Origin: an uncultured delta proteobacterium
GTDB lineage: Bacteria; Myxococcota; Myxococcia; Myxococcales; Myxococcaceae
NCBI GenBank assembly: GCA_963771175.1
Contig: CAVYSY010000021.1
Coordinates: 96,001-160,000 of the forward strand
Length of the DNA stretch: 64,000 bases
Direction of reading: 5' to 3'
The position numbers and the translations under genes are program-made. This document shows, piece by piece, positions 20,770 to 36,467 of the stretch. The notes under the pieces are model-generated. The model did not search any database and was not told where the DNA came from. It was given only the letters and a program-made list of their open reading frames with translations. How positions within the stretch are numbered: position 1 is the stretch's first letter; each line of letters begins with the position of its first letter.

Positions 20770-21735
20770 TCAGGCACGAGCGGCGTTGATGCCGGACTCC
20801 ACCGCGTCCACGTCCGCGGCCGCGAGCTGCGGAGCCTCGCCGGTGGGCACATCGAACGGGGCGCGGCCAATCTGCCGCGTGCCGAAGCGCGGGAACAAGG
20901 GCGCCAGCACGTACACGCGGAAGCACCAGCCCAAGAAGTTGCGCTGGTTGAGCACCGGGTTGATCTCCGCGGCGATCTTCGCGTGCGCCTCGCCCAGGGT
21001 GCTCCAGTGCGCGCCCGGCATCTCGTGGTGCACCGCGTGCAGTCCGTTGTTGAAGAGCAGGAAGTTGATGAGCTTGCCGTCGAAGCTGCGCGAGTGGTCG
21101 TGCTCGCTCCAGGGGTCCGTGTGGACGTGCTGGATGTAGTTGAAGAACATGATGGTCCACAGCGCGAAGAGCGCCGGGATGAGGAAGGCGAAGCTCCACA
21201 CCTTGATGCCCGCCGCCACCCCGTGCCACGCGATGGCCAGGCCCAGCAGTGCCAGGTGCAGGCCGGCCCACATCACGTACTGCATGATGATCTGCCGGTA
21301 GAGCGGGGGGTTGGACTGCTTGGCCTTGCGGATGTACTGCTTGATGGGATCGCTCTGCCAGTAGGACGAGACGAAGAAGTACGTGAAGGCCACCCACCAG
21401 TTGTGCTTGTTCGTGTAGCGCCAGGTGATGGTGGCGTCGCCCGGCTTGTTGACGAACTTGTGGTGGTTGAGGTTGTGCGTCGGCACCCAGGCGAAGGTGG
21501 GGTAGCCGTAGAAGTGCGAGATCCAGTAGCCCATGACCGTGTTCATCCGCCGGTTCTTGAACGTGGGGCTGTGGTTGTGGTTGTGCGCGATGACGCCCGC
21601 GCTCAGCGCCAGGTAGCACCCGAGCGGGCTGAGGTAGGGGATGAGGCCCGGGTTGACGTACTGCGCCATCGCCACGATGGGCATGGCGAGGCACCACAGC
21701 AGGGTCCTGTAATCGGCGGTGTAGCGGAGGCTCAT
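20770..21735 (-). CDS. Membrane fatty acid desaturase-family protein
   Basis: His boxes HNHNH, HNLNHH, NYIQH and HAVHH; hydrophobic segments. Confidence 0.9.
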   Translation of the reverse strand: MSLRYTADYRTLLWCLAMPIVAMAQYVNPGLIPYLSPLGCYLALSAGVIAHNHNHSPTFKNRRMNTVMGYWISHFYGYPTFAWVPTHNLNHHKFVNKPGDATITWRYTNKHNWWVAFTYFFVSSYWQSDPIKQYIRKAKQSNPPLYRQIIMQYVMWAGLHLALLGLAIAWHGVAAGIKVWSFAFLIPALFALWTIMFFNYIQHVHTDPWSEHDHSRSFDGKLINFLLFNNGLHAVHHEMPGAHWSTLGEAHAKIAAEINPVLNQRNFLGWCFRVYVLAPLFPRFGTRQIGRAPFDVPTGEAPQLAAADVDAVESGINAARA

Positions 21736-21910
21736 GGCCTCTCAGGCTATCCCGGCCCGTTTTGGGGGTCCTAGAAATCTTTCCGAAACAGAACACTAGC
21801 CAACAGAGCACTGGTCAACAGCTCACGGACCCCCGCTGTCCGAGCGAGCAGGTGGCCTGAACGCTGGAGCAGGAGAGCGTGCCTATCATCGACCTGAGAG
21901 GGCGTGGCGT

Positions 21911-22231
21911 ATGGCACACATCCCTGTTCCCCCGAGCCGAGGCGCCACCGTGCGCAGCTCGCTGGAGGCCGAGCTCTCCACGGCGCCGGAGACGGGCTAC
22001 ACCGCCAGGGAGCTCTCGGCCCGGGTGGGCATCTCCGAGAAGGACGTGGCCGGGCACCTGGAGCACCTGGAGAAGTCCCTCAAGGCCGGAGGCGCCGCGC
22101 TGGAGGTCATTCCCGCCGAGTGCCTCGCCTGCGGCTTCGTCTTCCGGGAGCGCAAGCGCCTCACCCGGCCCGGCTCCTGCCCCGAGTGCCGCTCCACCCG
22201 CATCGACCCGCCCGCCTTCCGCATCCGCTGA
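21911..22231 (+). CDS. Winged-HTH + zinc-ribbon transcriptional regulator
   Basis: TARELSARVGISEKDVAGHLEHL HTH; CLACG...CPEC ribbon. Confidence 0.85.
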   Translation: MAHIPVPPSRGATVRSSLEAELSTAPETGYTARELSARVGISEKDVAGHLEHLEKSLKAGGAALEVIPAECLACGFVFRERKRLTRPGSCPECRSTRIDPPAFRIR

Positions 22232-22237
22232 AGCCCG

Positions 22238-22277
22238 CAAAAGAGAAGCGGCGGGAAGCCCGAGGCTCCCCGCCGCT
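22238..22277 (-). terminator. Terminator hairpin between convergent genes (after hppA)
   Basis: AGCGGCGGG...CCCGCCGCT stem followed on the minus strand by TCTCTTTT. Confidence 0.7.
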
Positions 22278-22311
22278 CGTCACTGCTCCAGGCCCTGGGG
22301 GCCGGGTGTGA

Positions 22312-24821
<2,510 letters not shown>

Positions 24822-24989
24822 GGGGTTGCAACTCCTCAGCAATGAGAGTGTCGAGGGGTTGGCCGCCTGCGGACGGGAGTGCCGCACGCAGACGCTTCAG
24901 CGCAGCCTCGCCCTTCAGGACCGAGAGAGCGTGCCTGAAGGCACTCTGCGTGTACCACGCCCCAGGTGGGGAAGTCGAATTCCCGGAAA

Positions 24990-25008
24990 GGGTCTACTAG
25001 GTAGACCC
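24990..25008. promoter_or_regulatory. Perfect 8-3-8 palindrome upstream of hppA, candidate operator
   Basis: GGGTCTAC-TAG-GTAGACCC. Confidence 0.5.
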
Positions 25009-25042
25009 GTCTCCTGGGATGCGCGGGGGGGGGGCGGAAATG

Positions 25043-25088
25043 GACACGCCCGTCGGGGCCCTCGGGGGGGCCGCCAGACGGGCGCGTC
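25043..25088 (-). terminator. Hairpin downstream of the DUF2914-like gene
   Basis: GACACGCCCGTC / GACGGGCGCGTC inverted repeat (11 of 12 matched); weak U-tract. Confidence 0.45.
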
Positions 25089-25107
25089 GGGGGTCCAGCG
25101 GAAGGGA

Positions 25108-25620
25108 CTACAGCACCTTGACGCTGATGGTCTTGAGGACCTGGTCGCCGCGCAGGATGCTGACGGTCCAGTCGCCCGCCTTGTTCAGGCGCACGCCGGT
25201 CCACTGACGGGCGCGCCAGCCCTCGCCCTTGACCTTCACGTCCTTGGTCTCGCGCACCGTGTTGCCCAGCTTCGTCTGCACCATCAGGTCCTCGACGGTG
25301 TCACCCTGCGGCACCAGGTAGGACTGCCACACCATCACCGTGGTGTTGGCCTTGACGCCCTCGGCGGGCACCTCGGCGGTGCACTCGAACTTGTTGGGGC
25401 CTTCCTTGGCCACCTCGGTGCACAGCCTGGCTTCCACCAGCACCGGGCCCTGGCCCTGGCCCTTGTAGAAGTACTCCCAGGTGGTCTTCACCGCGTCGCT
25501 GGACGGAGCCTTCACCGGCTCGTGCGCCGGGGCCGCCTCGGGCGCCGCGTCCTGCGCCATCGCCACGCCGCCGAACGCCACCACCGCGCACATCGCCAAC
25601 TTCTTCAGATTGCCTGCCAT
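25108..25620 (-). CDS. Secreted hypothetical protein (DUF2914-like C-terminus)
   Basis: Signal peptide ending in AMA; Cys pair; GWRARQW...AGDWTVSILRGDQVL C-terminal beta motif. Confidence 0.7.
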   Translation of the reverse strand: MAGNLKKLAMCAVVAFGGVAMAQDAAPEAAPAHEPVKAPSSDAVKTTWEYFYKGQGQGPVLVEARLCTEVAKEGPNKFECTAEVPAEGVKANTTVMVWQSYLVPQGDTVEDLMVQTKLGNTVRETKDVKVKGEGWRARQWTGVRLNKAGDWTVSILRGDQVLKTISVKVL

Positions 25621-25672
25621 GGTGTTTCCCCCTCGAGTTGGGTTTGCAGGGCGAGTGTCTAGCACGAAGACC

Positions 25673-27023
25673 TCACCCCCACAGGAAGAAGGCCAGGGTG
25701 ACGAGCGGCAGGTAGACGAAGAAGGCCACCAGCAGGAAGCCGAGGATGTCCTTGAACTCGAGCCGCGCCACCGCCAGCAGCGGCAGGGCCCAGAAGGGCT
25801 GGATGAGGTCCGTGGCCATGTCGCCCCAGGCGTACGCGAGCACCACCTTCTCCGGCGCCACGCCCGAGCGTCGCTCGCCGCCTCGAGCAGGTAGGGCGCC
25901 TCGATGGCCCACTTGGAGCCGCCCGAGGGCACGAAGTAGTTCACCACGCCGCTGTACAGGTAGACGATGGCGGGGAAGGTGCTCGCGCGGTGGAGAGCGA
26001 GACGAAGAGCTCGCCGATGCGCTCGGTCAGCCCGGTGGCCTTGAAGATGCCGTAGATGCCCGCGTAGAGCGGGAACTGCAGGACGATGCCGTGCAGCACG
26101 CTGGCGGCCTCCTCGCTGGCCTTGAGCAGCCGCGCCGGCGTGCCGTGCAGCAGCACCGCCAGCGTCAGGAAGAGGAAGTTCACGACGTTGAGGTTGATGG
26201 CCTTCCAGCCCCCGTTGAGCCACAGGTAGCGCCCGAACCAGAGCAGGCCCAGCGCGCCGAAGACGACGTTGAGCAGCGGCGAGTAGTCCAGCCACACCGC
26301 GAAGCTCTTGCTCGCGCGGGCGCTGGGGCGGCTGGAAGTCCTGCGAGCTGCTCCAGGATCGCCGGGTCCACCCGCACCGTGCGCTCGGGCTTCGGGTGCA
26401 GGGCCCAGGCCAGCAGCGTGAGGCCGCCCACCACCGCCACGGTGAGCCCGAGGTTGAAGGGGGAGAAGAGCGTCCGGTCGATGGGGATGACGCCGAGCTG
26501 CTTCTCCAGGAAGTGGCCGGGGGTGGCCACCAGCAGCGGCGCCGAGGCGGACAGGCCGGCGTGCCAGGTGGCGCCCAGGCCGAAGTAGGCGCACGCCACC
26601 AGCAGGCGGTAGTCCACGTCCGGCTGCCGCCGCACCACGAAGCGCACCAGCATGGCGCTGGCCACCAGCGACAGGCCCCAGTTGATGTAGGCCAGCCCCA
26701 TGGAGACGGCGGCCATCAGCACCACCGCGCCGCGCGGGCTCCGCGCCAGCCCCGCCAGCCGCTCGAGCAGGGCGCGCACCGGCCCGGTGAGCGCCAGCAG
26801 GTAGCCGGTGAACATCACCAGCGCCATCTGCATGGAGAAGGTGAGCAGCTCCCAGAAGCCGCCGCCCCAGGCGTCCAGCACTCGCGCGGGCGGCGCGTCG
26901 GCCCAGCCGAGGGCCAGTCCCATGGTGAGCAGCGATGAGCAGCACCGCGATGGCGAACGCGCTGGGCACGAAGCGCGCGGAGAAGCGGCCGAGGGCCTCC
27001 GCGAGGCGAACGAGTGTTTCCAC
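25673..27023 (-). CDS. Short-chain fatty acid transporter (AtoE family), frameshifted
   Basis: WGGGFWELLTFSMQM, INWGLSLV, WHAGLSASAPL, QFPLYAGI, NYFVPSGG and IQPFWALP motifs across frames. Confidence 0.88.
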
Positions 27024-27279
27024 GGGACGTCGGGCTCCGATGTTCGGGCAATGGGGCGTATGCCCCGGGGCACATCTGAACACGGAGGAGCACGCCTTCC
27101 GAGAAATCCCCCACCGGCTCCCTCCCGGCCCGGTGCCGCTCCAATGACAGACAGCGCACAGTCCGGGCCGCTCGGGCGCCTGGATTCCGTTGGGCGGCCA
27201 ACCTTGGGCACCCGTCCTTGTCTGGCAATGCGCAACCCCCCACTTGTCGGGCTCCGGGGCAATGGCCATCTGGGCCCCA

Positions 27280-27591
27280 ATGGCCTACCGCGTCCATATC
27301 CCCGTGGAGCTGTGGAGCACCTTGAAGGCGCTCCCTTCGGAGCTCGTCGAGCGGTTGCATCGCCGCATCGACGACATCGCCCAACTGGCGGAGCTGGCTC
27401 CTCCCCTCAACCCGCTCTGGTTGAAGCTCGGTGCCACCGACCTGCCCCTGCTGCGCTGCGTCGTGGATGGATACGCCGTCCTCTACGAGGTCGACGAGTC
27501 CTGCCGCACCCTCTCCGTGCTCGACGTGGAGCAGGTCGAGGACGACGCGTACTCCCTGTCCTCCAGCCTCATGGCCGCCCACGGGCACTGA
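27280..27591 (+). CDS. Small hypothetical protein, RelE/ParE-like fold
   Basis: MAYRVHI...LKALP...LLRCVVDGYAVLYEVDESCRTLSVLDV follows the RelE secondary-structure pattern. Confidence 0.6.
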   Translation: MAYRVHIPVELWSTLKALPSELVERLHRRIDDIAQLAELAPPLNPLWLKLGATDLPLLRCVVDGYAVLYEVDESCRTLSVLDVEQVEDDAYSLSSSLMAAHGH

Positions 27592-27927
27592 GGGCGTCCC
27601 CGAGAGGGTGTCCCCCCGAGGTCCGGTTCGAAGTCCTGGGTCCCCTCATCCCGTCCCGCTCCCGGGGCGAGCTGAGTGATTGTTTCGCCAGGTGTGTGGG
27701 AAGCCGTCCGCCGTCATCGAGCCGTCCACTCCGATGATGCCGCACCGCACCTGTCCTGGACGCCCCCCCCAACGCGCTCACGCGCCTCGGCGACAGCGCC
27801 TCGTGCTCCTCGGCCCACGGAGCGGTGGCAGGGAAAGAATCGGTAGAAGTTTCAGCCCTGTTTCGTCGCTTTTTACAGGCCCGCCGAGTCATCTCCGTAC
27901 CACGGGCTCAGGGGTTGGGGGCCGAGA

Positions 27928-29913
<1,986 letters not shown>

Positions 29914-29930
29914 TATCGGTGCGCGCACGC

Positions 29931-31242
29931 ATGGCCTCCGACCCCCCCGACTCCGACGACAAGCTCCCCACCCAGGGGCGCTTCACCCGCTTCCGCAAGC
30001 TGGCTGGCCTCTCCGCGCAGCTCAGCGCGGACGTCCTCAAGAGTGGGGCGAGGCGGCTCGTCGGGGAGGAGCCGGAGCTGCTCAGCAAGGCGGCCGCCGA
30101 GAAGCTCGTCTCCACGCTCGGGGAGCTCAAGGGCGCGGCCATGAAGCTCGGCCAGGCCGTGTCCATGGACACGGAGTTCCTCTCCCCCGAGGTGCGCCAG
30201 GTCATCGCCCGCCTGCAGAACGAGGCCCCGCCCATGCCCTACGAAATGGTGGCGCGGGTCATCCGCGAGGAGCTCGGCGACGCCCCGGAGGTCCTCTTCC
30301 GCGAGCTTCGAGCGCACCCCGCTGGCCGCCGCCTCGCTGGGGCAGGTGCACCGCGCGGTGCTGCACGATGGCAGGCGGGTGGCGGTGAAGGTGCAGTACC
30401 CCGGCATCGCCGACACGCTGGCCGGGGACATGGACAACCTCGGCCTGGTGGTGAAGACGGTGTCCAAGGCCTCGCGCCTCATGGACGGCACCGCCTACTT
30501 CCGCGAGCTGCGCGAGGAGCTGCTGCTGGAGACGGACTACCGCCGCGAGGCCAGCCTGTGCGCCGCCTTCGCCCGGAGCGTGGCCCGCCTGCCGGAGCTC
30601 AAGGTGCCCGAGGTCATCCCCGAGCGCACCGCCGGGCGCGTGCTCACCCTGGAACTGCTCCAGGGCCGCACCCTCAAGGACTGGGTCGTCTCCGAGCCCT
30701 CCGCCGCCGAGCGCTTCCGCGTGGCGCGCCTGCTCATCCTCGCCATCTACGGGCCCTTCTTCACCCACGGCGAGATGCATGCGGACCCCCACCCGGGCAA
30801 CTTCATGGTGCTCGACGACGGGCGGCTGGGGCTGCTCGACTTCGGCTCCATCAAGCGCTTCACCCCGCGCTTCGTGGACGCCAACCGGCGCATGTTCCTG
30901 CACGCCGTGAAGCTCGAGTCCATGGACGTGCTCGGGCTGAGCCGCGAGGTGGGCTTCACCACGGAATTGCCGGACGCGGAGACCGCGGCCCTCATCCAGG
31001 AGGTGCTGCACATCGCCGGGCGGCCCATGCGCGCCTCGCCCTACGACTACGCCGCGTGCACCATCACCCGCGACATGAAGCTGCACTTCGCGCGCAACGC
31101 GGCGCGCTTCCTGAAGATCCGCCCGCCCGCCGAGGCCGTGATGTTCTTCCGCTCCACCGGTGGGCTGGCCCAGAACCTGCGCCTCATCGGCGCGCGGGGC
31201 GACTTCCGCGGCGTCTACCAGGAGGTTGCCGCGCTCCTGTGA
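29931..31242 (+). CDS. ABC1/AarF/UbiB-family atypical kinase (frameshift near 30306)
   Basis: LKGAAMKLGQ, AAASLGQVH, VAVKVQYPG, HADPHPGN and LLDFG motifs. Confidence 0.92.
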
Positions 31243-31249
31243 GCGGATG

Positions 31250-31660
31250 CTACCGGGCGGTGCTCGCCGCCGGCAGCTTGCTCTTCTTGTAGATGCTGAT
31301 GAGCTTGCGGGCCAGCGACTCGCCCTGGACGCTCTTGGAGATGTAGCCGTCCGCGCCGGAGGCCAGCGCGAGTGCGCGCAGCTTGGACTCGTCCGAGGCC
31401 GAGTAGAGGATGAAGCGCGTGGTGGCGGGTGCCTGGTTGCGCGCCAGCGACAGCACCTTGTCTCCGCTGAGCGCCGGGATGTTCACGTCCAGCAGCACCA
31501 GGTCCGGCGTCGCGTGGCGCACCAGGTTGGACACCCCCAGTGACGAGCGGTGGGTCCTCACCTCGAAGCCGTACGCGTTCAACGTCCGCTCCAACAGCAT
31601 GAGCTGATCCACATCGTCGTCCACCACGAGGACACGAATCTTGTTCTCGCTCTCGGACAT
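31250..31660 (-). CDS. Single-domain response regulator (RokA-like paralogue)
   Basis: VLVVDDD, DLVLLDV and ADGYISK; near-copy of the neighbouring regulator. Confidence 0.92.
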   Translation of the reverse strand: MSESENKIRVLVVDDDVDQLMLLERTLNAYGFEVRTHRSSLGVSNLVRHATPDLVLLDVNIPALSGDKVLSLARNQAPATTRFILYSASDESKLRALALASGADGYISKSVQGESLARKLISIYKKSKLPAASTAR

Positions 31661-31920
31661 GGGCTCCCCTTGTTGATGGGCAGAGAAGGTTCGTGGATGC
31701 AGCCGGAGGGCTGCGAGGATCCAGGCCAATCGCCCCGCCCACGTAGTTTGATGCCTGCCCCCTCGCGAAGGAAGTCGGGGGGGCCGAAATCCAACGTCCA
31801 TAGTCCCGCGAGACGGGCAAAATCTGGAATATCCCGAGGTTGCGAAGTTATCGAGACGGGAAAATTCCGGGAAGCGAGAACGCTCTCGGGCCCCGGCCGA
31901 ACCTTTCGCGCGAAGGAAGC

Positions 31921-32322
31921 TCAGGCGGAGAGGGGGCGTTCCTGTTTGCGGATGGCGGTGAGCTTGCGGATGAGGTCGGCCCCCTGGACGCTCTTGGACA
32001 GGTAGCCGTCCGCGCCGGAGGCCAGCGCGAGCGCGCGCAGCTTGGACTCATCGGACGCGGAGTAGAGGATGAACTTCGTGCTCTGAGGCGCGTAGCGGCG
32101 GGCCAGGCTCACCACCTGGTCGCCCTTGAGCGCGGGGAAGTTCACGTCCAGCAGCACCAGGTCCGGCTCGCTGTTGCGCACCAGGTTGGACACGCCCAGC
32201 GCCGAGTTGTGCGTCTGCACCTCGAAGCCGTGGGCGCTCAGTGTCCGGCGGACGAGATCCAACTGATCTGGATCGTCGTCCACTACGAGGACACGGACCT
32301 TGAGTGCCGCTGTGTCAGCCAT
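31921..32322 (-). CDS. rokA: Single-domain response regulator, RokA-like
   Basis: Receiver motifs VVDDD / LLDV / YLSK; overlaps the stop of the three-receiver hybrid kinase, as described for M. xanthus rodK-rokA. The symbol rests on architecture and synteny. Confidence 0.65.
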   Translation of the reverse strand: MADTAALKVRVLVVDDDPDQLDLVRRTLSAHGFEVQTHNSALGVSNLVRNSEPDLVLLDVNFPALKGDQVVSLARRYAPQSTKFILYSASDESKLRALALASGADGYLSKSVQGADLIRKLTAIRKQERPLSA

Positions 32323-35266
32323 GGCTTCTCCCGAGATGCTTACGGATGGTCTCGAGCAATTGCTCGCGATCCAAGGGCTTGGTGAGGTAGGCGTTGCACC
32401 CGGCGGAGGTGGCCTTCTCCTGGTACTCGCGACCGGCGTGGGCGGTGACGGCGATGACCGGGATGGCGGAGGCCGTGGTGGGCAGTTGCCGCAGGCGCCG
32501 CGTGGCCTCCCAGCCGTCGATGCGAGGCAGGGACAGGTCCATCAGGATGAGGTCCGGCGCGTCGCGCGAGGCGCGCTCCACACCCATCTCGCCGTCCTCG
32601 GCCTCCAGCACCTCGAAGAGGCCCCCGAGGTATCGGCGGACGATGTCGCGGTTCTGCGGATTGTCCTCGATGTAGAGGATGCGCGGCAGGCGGCCGGCGC
32701 GCTGGGCGTTCTGCTTGAGGAGCAGCCCCTTGGCCTGACCGATGACGTCCTCCAGCGCGTGGCCGCCCTTCTGGACGAAGCCGGCGAAGCCGTCGCGCAG
32801 CACGGACTGCTCCTCGAGGGAGAGCGTCTTGCCGGTGAGCACCACCACCGGGACGTTGAGCTTCTCGGCGCGCAGGCGGCGCAGCACCTCGAAGCCGTCC
32901 AGGTTGGGCATCATCAGGTCCAGCACCACGAGCGTGGGCGGGGAGACGCGCGCCTTGAGGAGGGCGTCCTCGCCGCTGTGGGCCTCGGTGGTGGAGAAGC
33001 CGGCGCGACGCAGGGAGCGGCTGACGAGCTCGCGGGTGGAGGCGTCGTCGTCCACCACCAGCACCTCGCCCGCGCCGGTGGTGGTGCCGATGCTGCGGCG
33101 CACCACGTCCACCAGGTGCTCCGCCTCGATGGGCTTGACGAGGTAGTCGCACGCCCCGAGCGAGAAGCCGCGGGCCCGCTGCTCCTCCACGGAGATGATG
33201 ATGACGGGGATGCGCGCCAGGTCCGGCTCGCTCTTGAGGGTGGACAGCACGCTCCAGCCGTCCAGGCGCGGCAGGTAGATGTCCAGCACGATGGCCTGCG
33301 GGCGCAGCTCGCGGGCCTTCTTGAGCGCCTCCAGGCCGTCCGAGGCCGTCACCACGTTGAAGCCCGCGGGTCCGAGCTGCCCGGCCACGAGTTGCTGCAC
33401 GAGCAGGTCGTCATCCACCACCAGCACCGTGCTGCCCTGGGCCACCGGCGCGAGCGCCGCGCGCCACGTCCTGCACGGCCACCGGCTTGTCCAGCTCGCG
33501 CGAGTCGCCCAGCCCCTCGCCCTCGAGGACGCCGGCCAGCCGCACCGTGAAGGTGGTGCCGCGGCCCAGGATGCTGTGCACCGACACGTTGCCGCCCAGC
33601 ATCTTGCTCAGCTCGCGGACGATGGCGAGCCCCAGGCCGGTGCCGCCCACCTTGCGCGTGGTGGAGCCGTCCACCTGGCGGAACTTCTCGAAGATGAAGG
33701 GCAGCTGGTCCGTGGGGATGCCGATGCCCGTGTCCTCCACCGAGACGACGGCCTCGTTGCCCTCGGCGTCGCACGGTGAGGACGATCTCCCCGGACTCGG
33801 TGAACTTGGCCGCGTTGGAGAGCAGGTTGAGCAGGATCTGCCGCAGCTTGAGCGCGTCCGTGCGGAGGTACTGCGCCTTCTCGTCGACGTTGACGCTGAG
33901 CTCGACGTCCTTGCCCTTGAGGTACTCCTTCACGGTGGCGTGCACTCGTCGACCAGCTCCTGCATGTCCACCCGCTCGACCACGACCTCGGCGCGGCCCG
34001 CTTCGATCTTGGACAGGTCGAGGATGTCGTTGATGAGCGCCAGCAGCGTCTGCGCGTTCGTCTTGACCACGTTGAGGTCGCGCCGGCCGTGCGGCGTGAG
34101 CCGGCTGCCCTCCTCGCGCGCGAGCAGATCGCAGTAGCCGATGATGCCGTTGAGCGGCGTGCGGATTTCGTGGCTGAAGTTGGCGAGGAACTCGCTCTTG
34201 AGCCGGGCGGCGGACTCGGCCTCGCGCGCGCGCTCCTCCTCGTTGCGCTTGGCGATGGCCAGCTCCGTGGCCAGCCGGTCCAGGTCCTCGTTCTGCTGGC
34301 GGATGATCTCCATCTGCAGCGCGCGCTGCTGGTAGCTCGCGAGCGTGCGCGCGGAGACGGCGCGGCTCTTCTTGAGCTCCGCGAGGTTCTCCTCCAGCTG
34401 CTTGTTGGCCTCCTCCAGCTCGGCCTTGCGACTTGCGCAGGGCCTCCTCGGCCCGCTTGCGCTCGGTGACGTCCTCGGTGACGCCCAGCACGTAGCGGGC
34501 CTCGCCCGGCGTCGTCCAGCAGCGGCAGCTTGCGGGTGGCGAAGATGCGGTCCACGTCGCCCACGCGTGCGCCACCTCCTCGAAGACCTTGCATCTTCTT
34601 GCGTGGCGAGGATCTCCGTGTCGATGGCGACGAAGGCGTCGGCCTGCTCCTTGGGGAAGTAGTCGTGGTCCAGCTTGCCGAGCAGCCACTCCTTGGTCAT
34701 GCTGGAACATGTCCGCGAGCGTCTTGTTGACGACGCCGAGGCGCCGCTCCTCGGCGTCCTTGACGAAGAGGACGAAGGGGAGCGCGTCGACGATCTGCTC
34801 CAGCAGCCAGCGCGAGCGCTTCTGCTCCTCCTCGGCCGCGCTGCGTGCTGGCGGCGCTCGATGACGCGCTCGAGCTCGCGCGTGACCACCGAGGCGACCA
34901 GCGCGCAGCCTGTCCTCGCTCGACGTAGTTGCTGGCGCCGGCCTCCTCCATGGCCGCGCGCATCTCCGCCTCGTCCCAGGCGGAGCGCGAGCACGATGAA
35001 GGGGCGATCCGCGCCCTTCTCGCGCAGCAGCGGCGCCACCTCGCGGAAGCCCAGCCCCGGCAGCCTCCGAGCCACAGACGGCCAGGTCCCACGGCTTCTC
35101 CAGCGCCGCCTTCAGCTCCTCGGCCGTGGAGGCCCGCTCCGCGGTCGACGTCCAGCGCCCGCGCTCCGCAGCAGCTCCAGCACGCCGGCGTGGACTCCCC
35201 CTCGCTCGTGACGAAGAGGAGTCGGGGCAGCTCAGTGCCCGACACGGCAGGCGCCTCTGTGGTCAT
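32315..35266 (-). CDS. rodK: Hybrid histidine kinase (receiver-like N-terminus, PAS, HisKA, HATPase, three receivers), RodK-like, frameshifted
   Basis: PAS ending [49 protein letters not shown]; three C-terminal receivers. Many indels between ~33440 and ~35200. Confidence 0.7.
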
Positions 35267-35269
35267 CGG

Positions 35270-36421
35270 TCAGTTTCCCCCGAACGCGAGGACCGTCAGC
35301 GTCGTGTTGATGTGGAACCCCGAATAGATTTCGAAGTGCACATTCATTCCAGCCGCCGAGGGGGCGTGGCGCAAGGTGTCGGCCAGATCGGGGCGGCCGT
35401 TCGCGACCATATGAGCATATAACATGCGGCCGCCGCAGTGGAACAGCAGGGCGGCCTGGGGATTCTGGACGCGGCGCGGCAGCTCCTCCTGGAAGAAGGA
35501 GCGCGTGGCCCCGGCCGATGTCGCCCATCTTCATCAGCTCCAGCTCGGTGCCCTCCTCCAGGAGGTTGGCGAAGAGGATGGAGTCGTCGGGCAGCGGCTT
35601 CCACGGGGCGCGGATGAAGTACTCGCGGCCCACCTTGAGGGCGGTGGGCTGGGCGGCGAAGCCGTTGGGCTTGCCGAACTCCAGGTCGTCCACGGGCACG
35701 CCGAGGAGCTCGGCGTAGCGCAGGGCGGCCGGCTTGCCGTCGATCTCCAGGGCGCGCGGTGCGCTGTCGTCCACCTTGGTGATGACGAGGCGCTCGCCGG
35801 TGGGCACGTACCAGTGCGAGCGCAGGGCGGCCCAGGGGGCGTTCGTCTTGAAGAGGGCCACCAGCACGCAGTCGGTGGCCACCTCGCCGTCCACGTGGAG
35901 CAGGGCGGACTGCCTGGCCGGGTCCTGCTCGTGGTCGCGGCGCCGCCGCCCACGAGGATGAGCGTCGGGCTCTTCTCGAGGATGCCGAGGAGCAGCTCCT
36001 CCTTCTTGTAGCGGAAGCCGTCGTCGATCACGAGGCCGACGTACTTGCGCGAGTCGAGGTCCTGCTGGCGCACGCCCAGGTCCTGCGCGGCGCGCTTCAT
36101 GGCGGCGGCGCCCGCGCCCACCGCGTCCAGCGGTCAGGCCGGTGCCCAGGCCCAGGCCCACCTCGAAGTCACCCGAGAGCGCGCCCAGCACGACGCTGCC
36201 CTGGTGGATGCCCTGGTTGTCCAGCTCGCCGCCGGTGGTGGCGCCCACCAGGCGCGTGCCCGCGGGGAGCCGCTCGCGCACGGCGCGGTTGAGCGCGAGC
36301 TGGTCGCGCTCCCGCGAGGCGAAGAGGGTGACGAGCTTGGGGGTGGCGCCCCCTGGAGCTGTCTGACGAGGTCCTCGGCGGCCGCGATCGGATCCGACTG
36401 CGTGGTGCGAGCCGTCTGCAT
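35270..36421 (-). CDS. FIST-domain (NosP-like) sensor protein, frameshifted
   Basis: LVGATTGGEL, LVGGGA, EIDGKPA, FHCGGR and VHFEIYSGFHINTTLT motifs across frames; stop codon 3 bp before the kinase start. Confidence 0.85.
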
Positions 36422-36467
36422 CTTCACGATCGGCCAAGGAGGACCTCCGGGGGTGCGGGCAGCGGCG

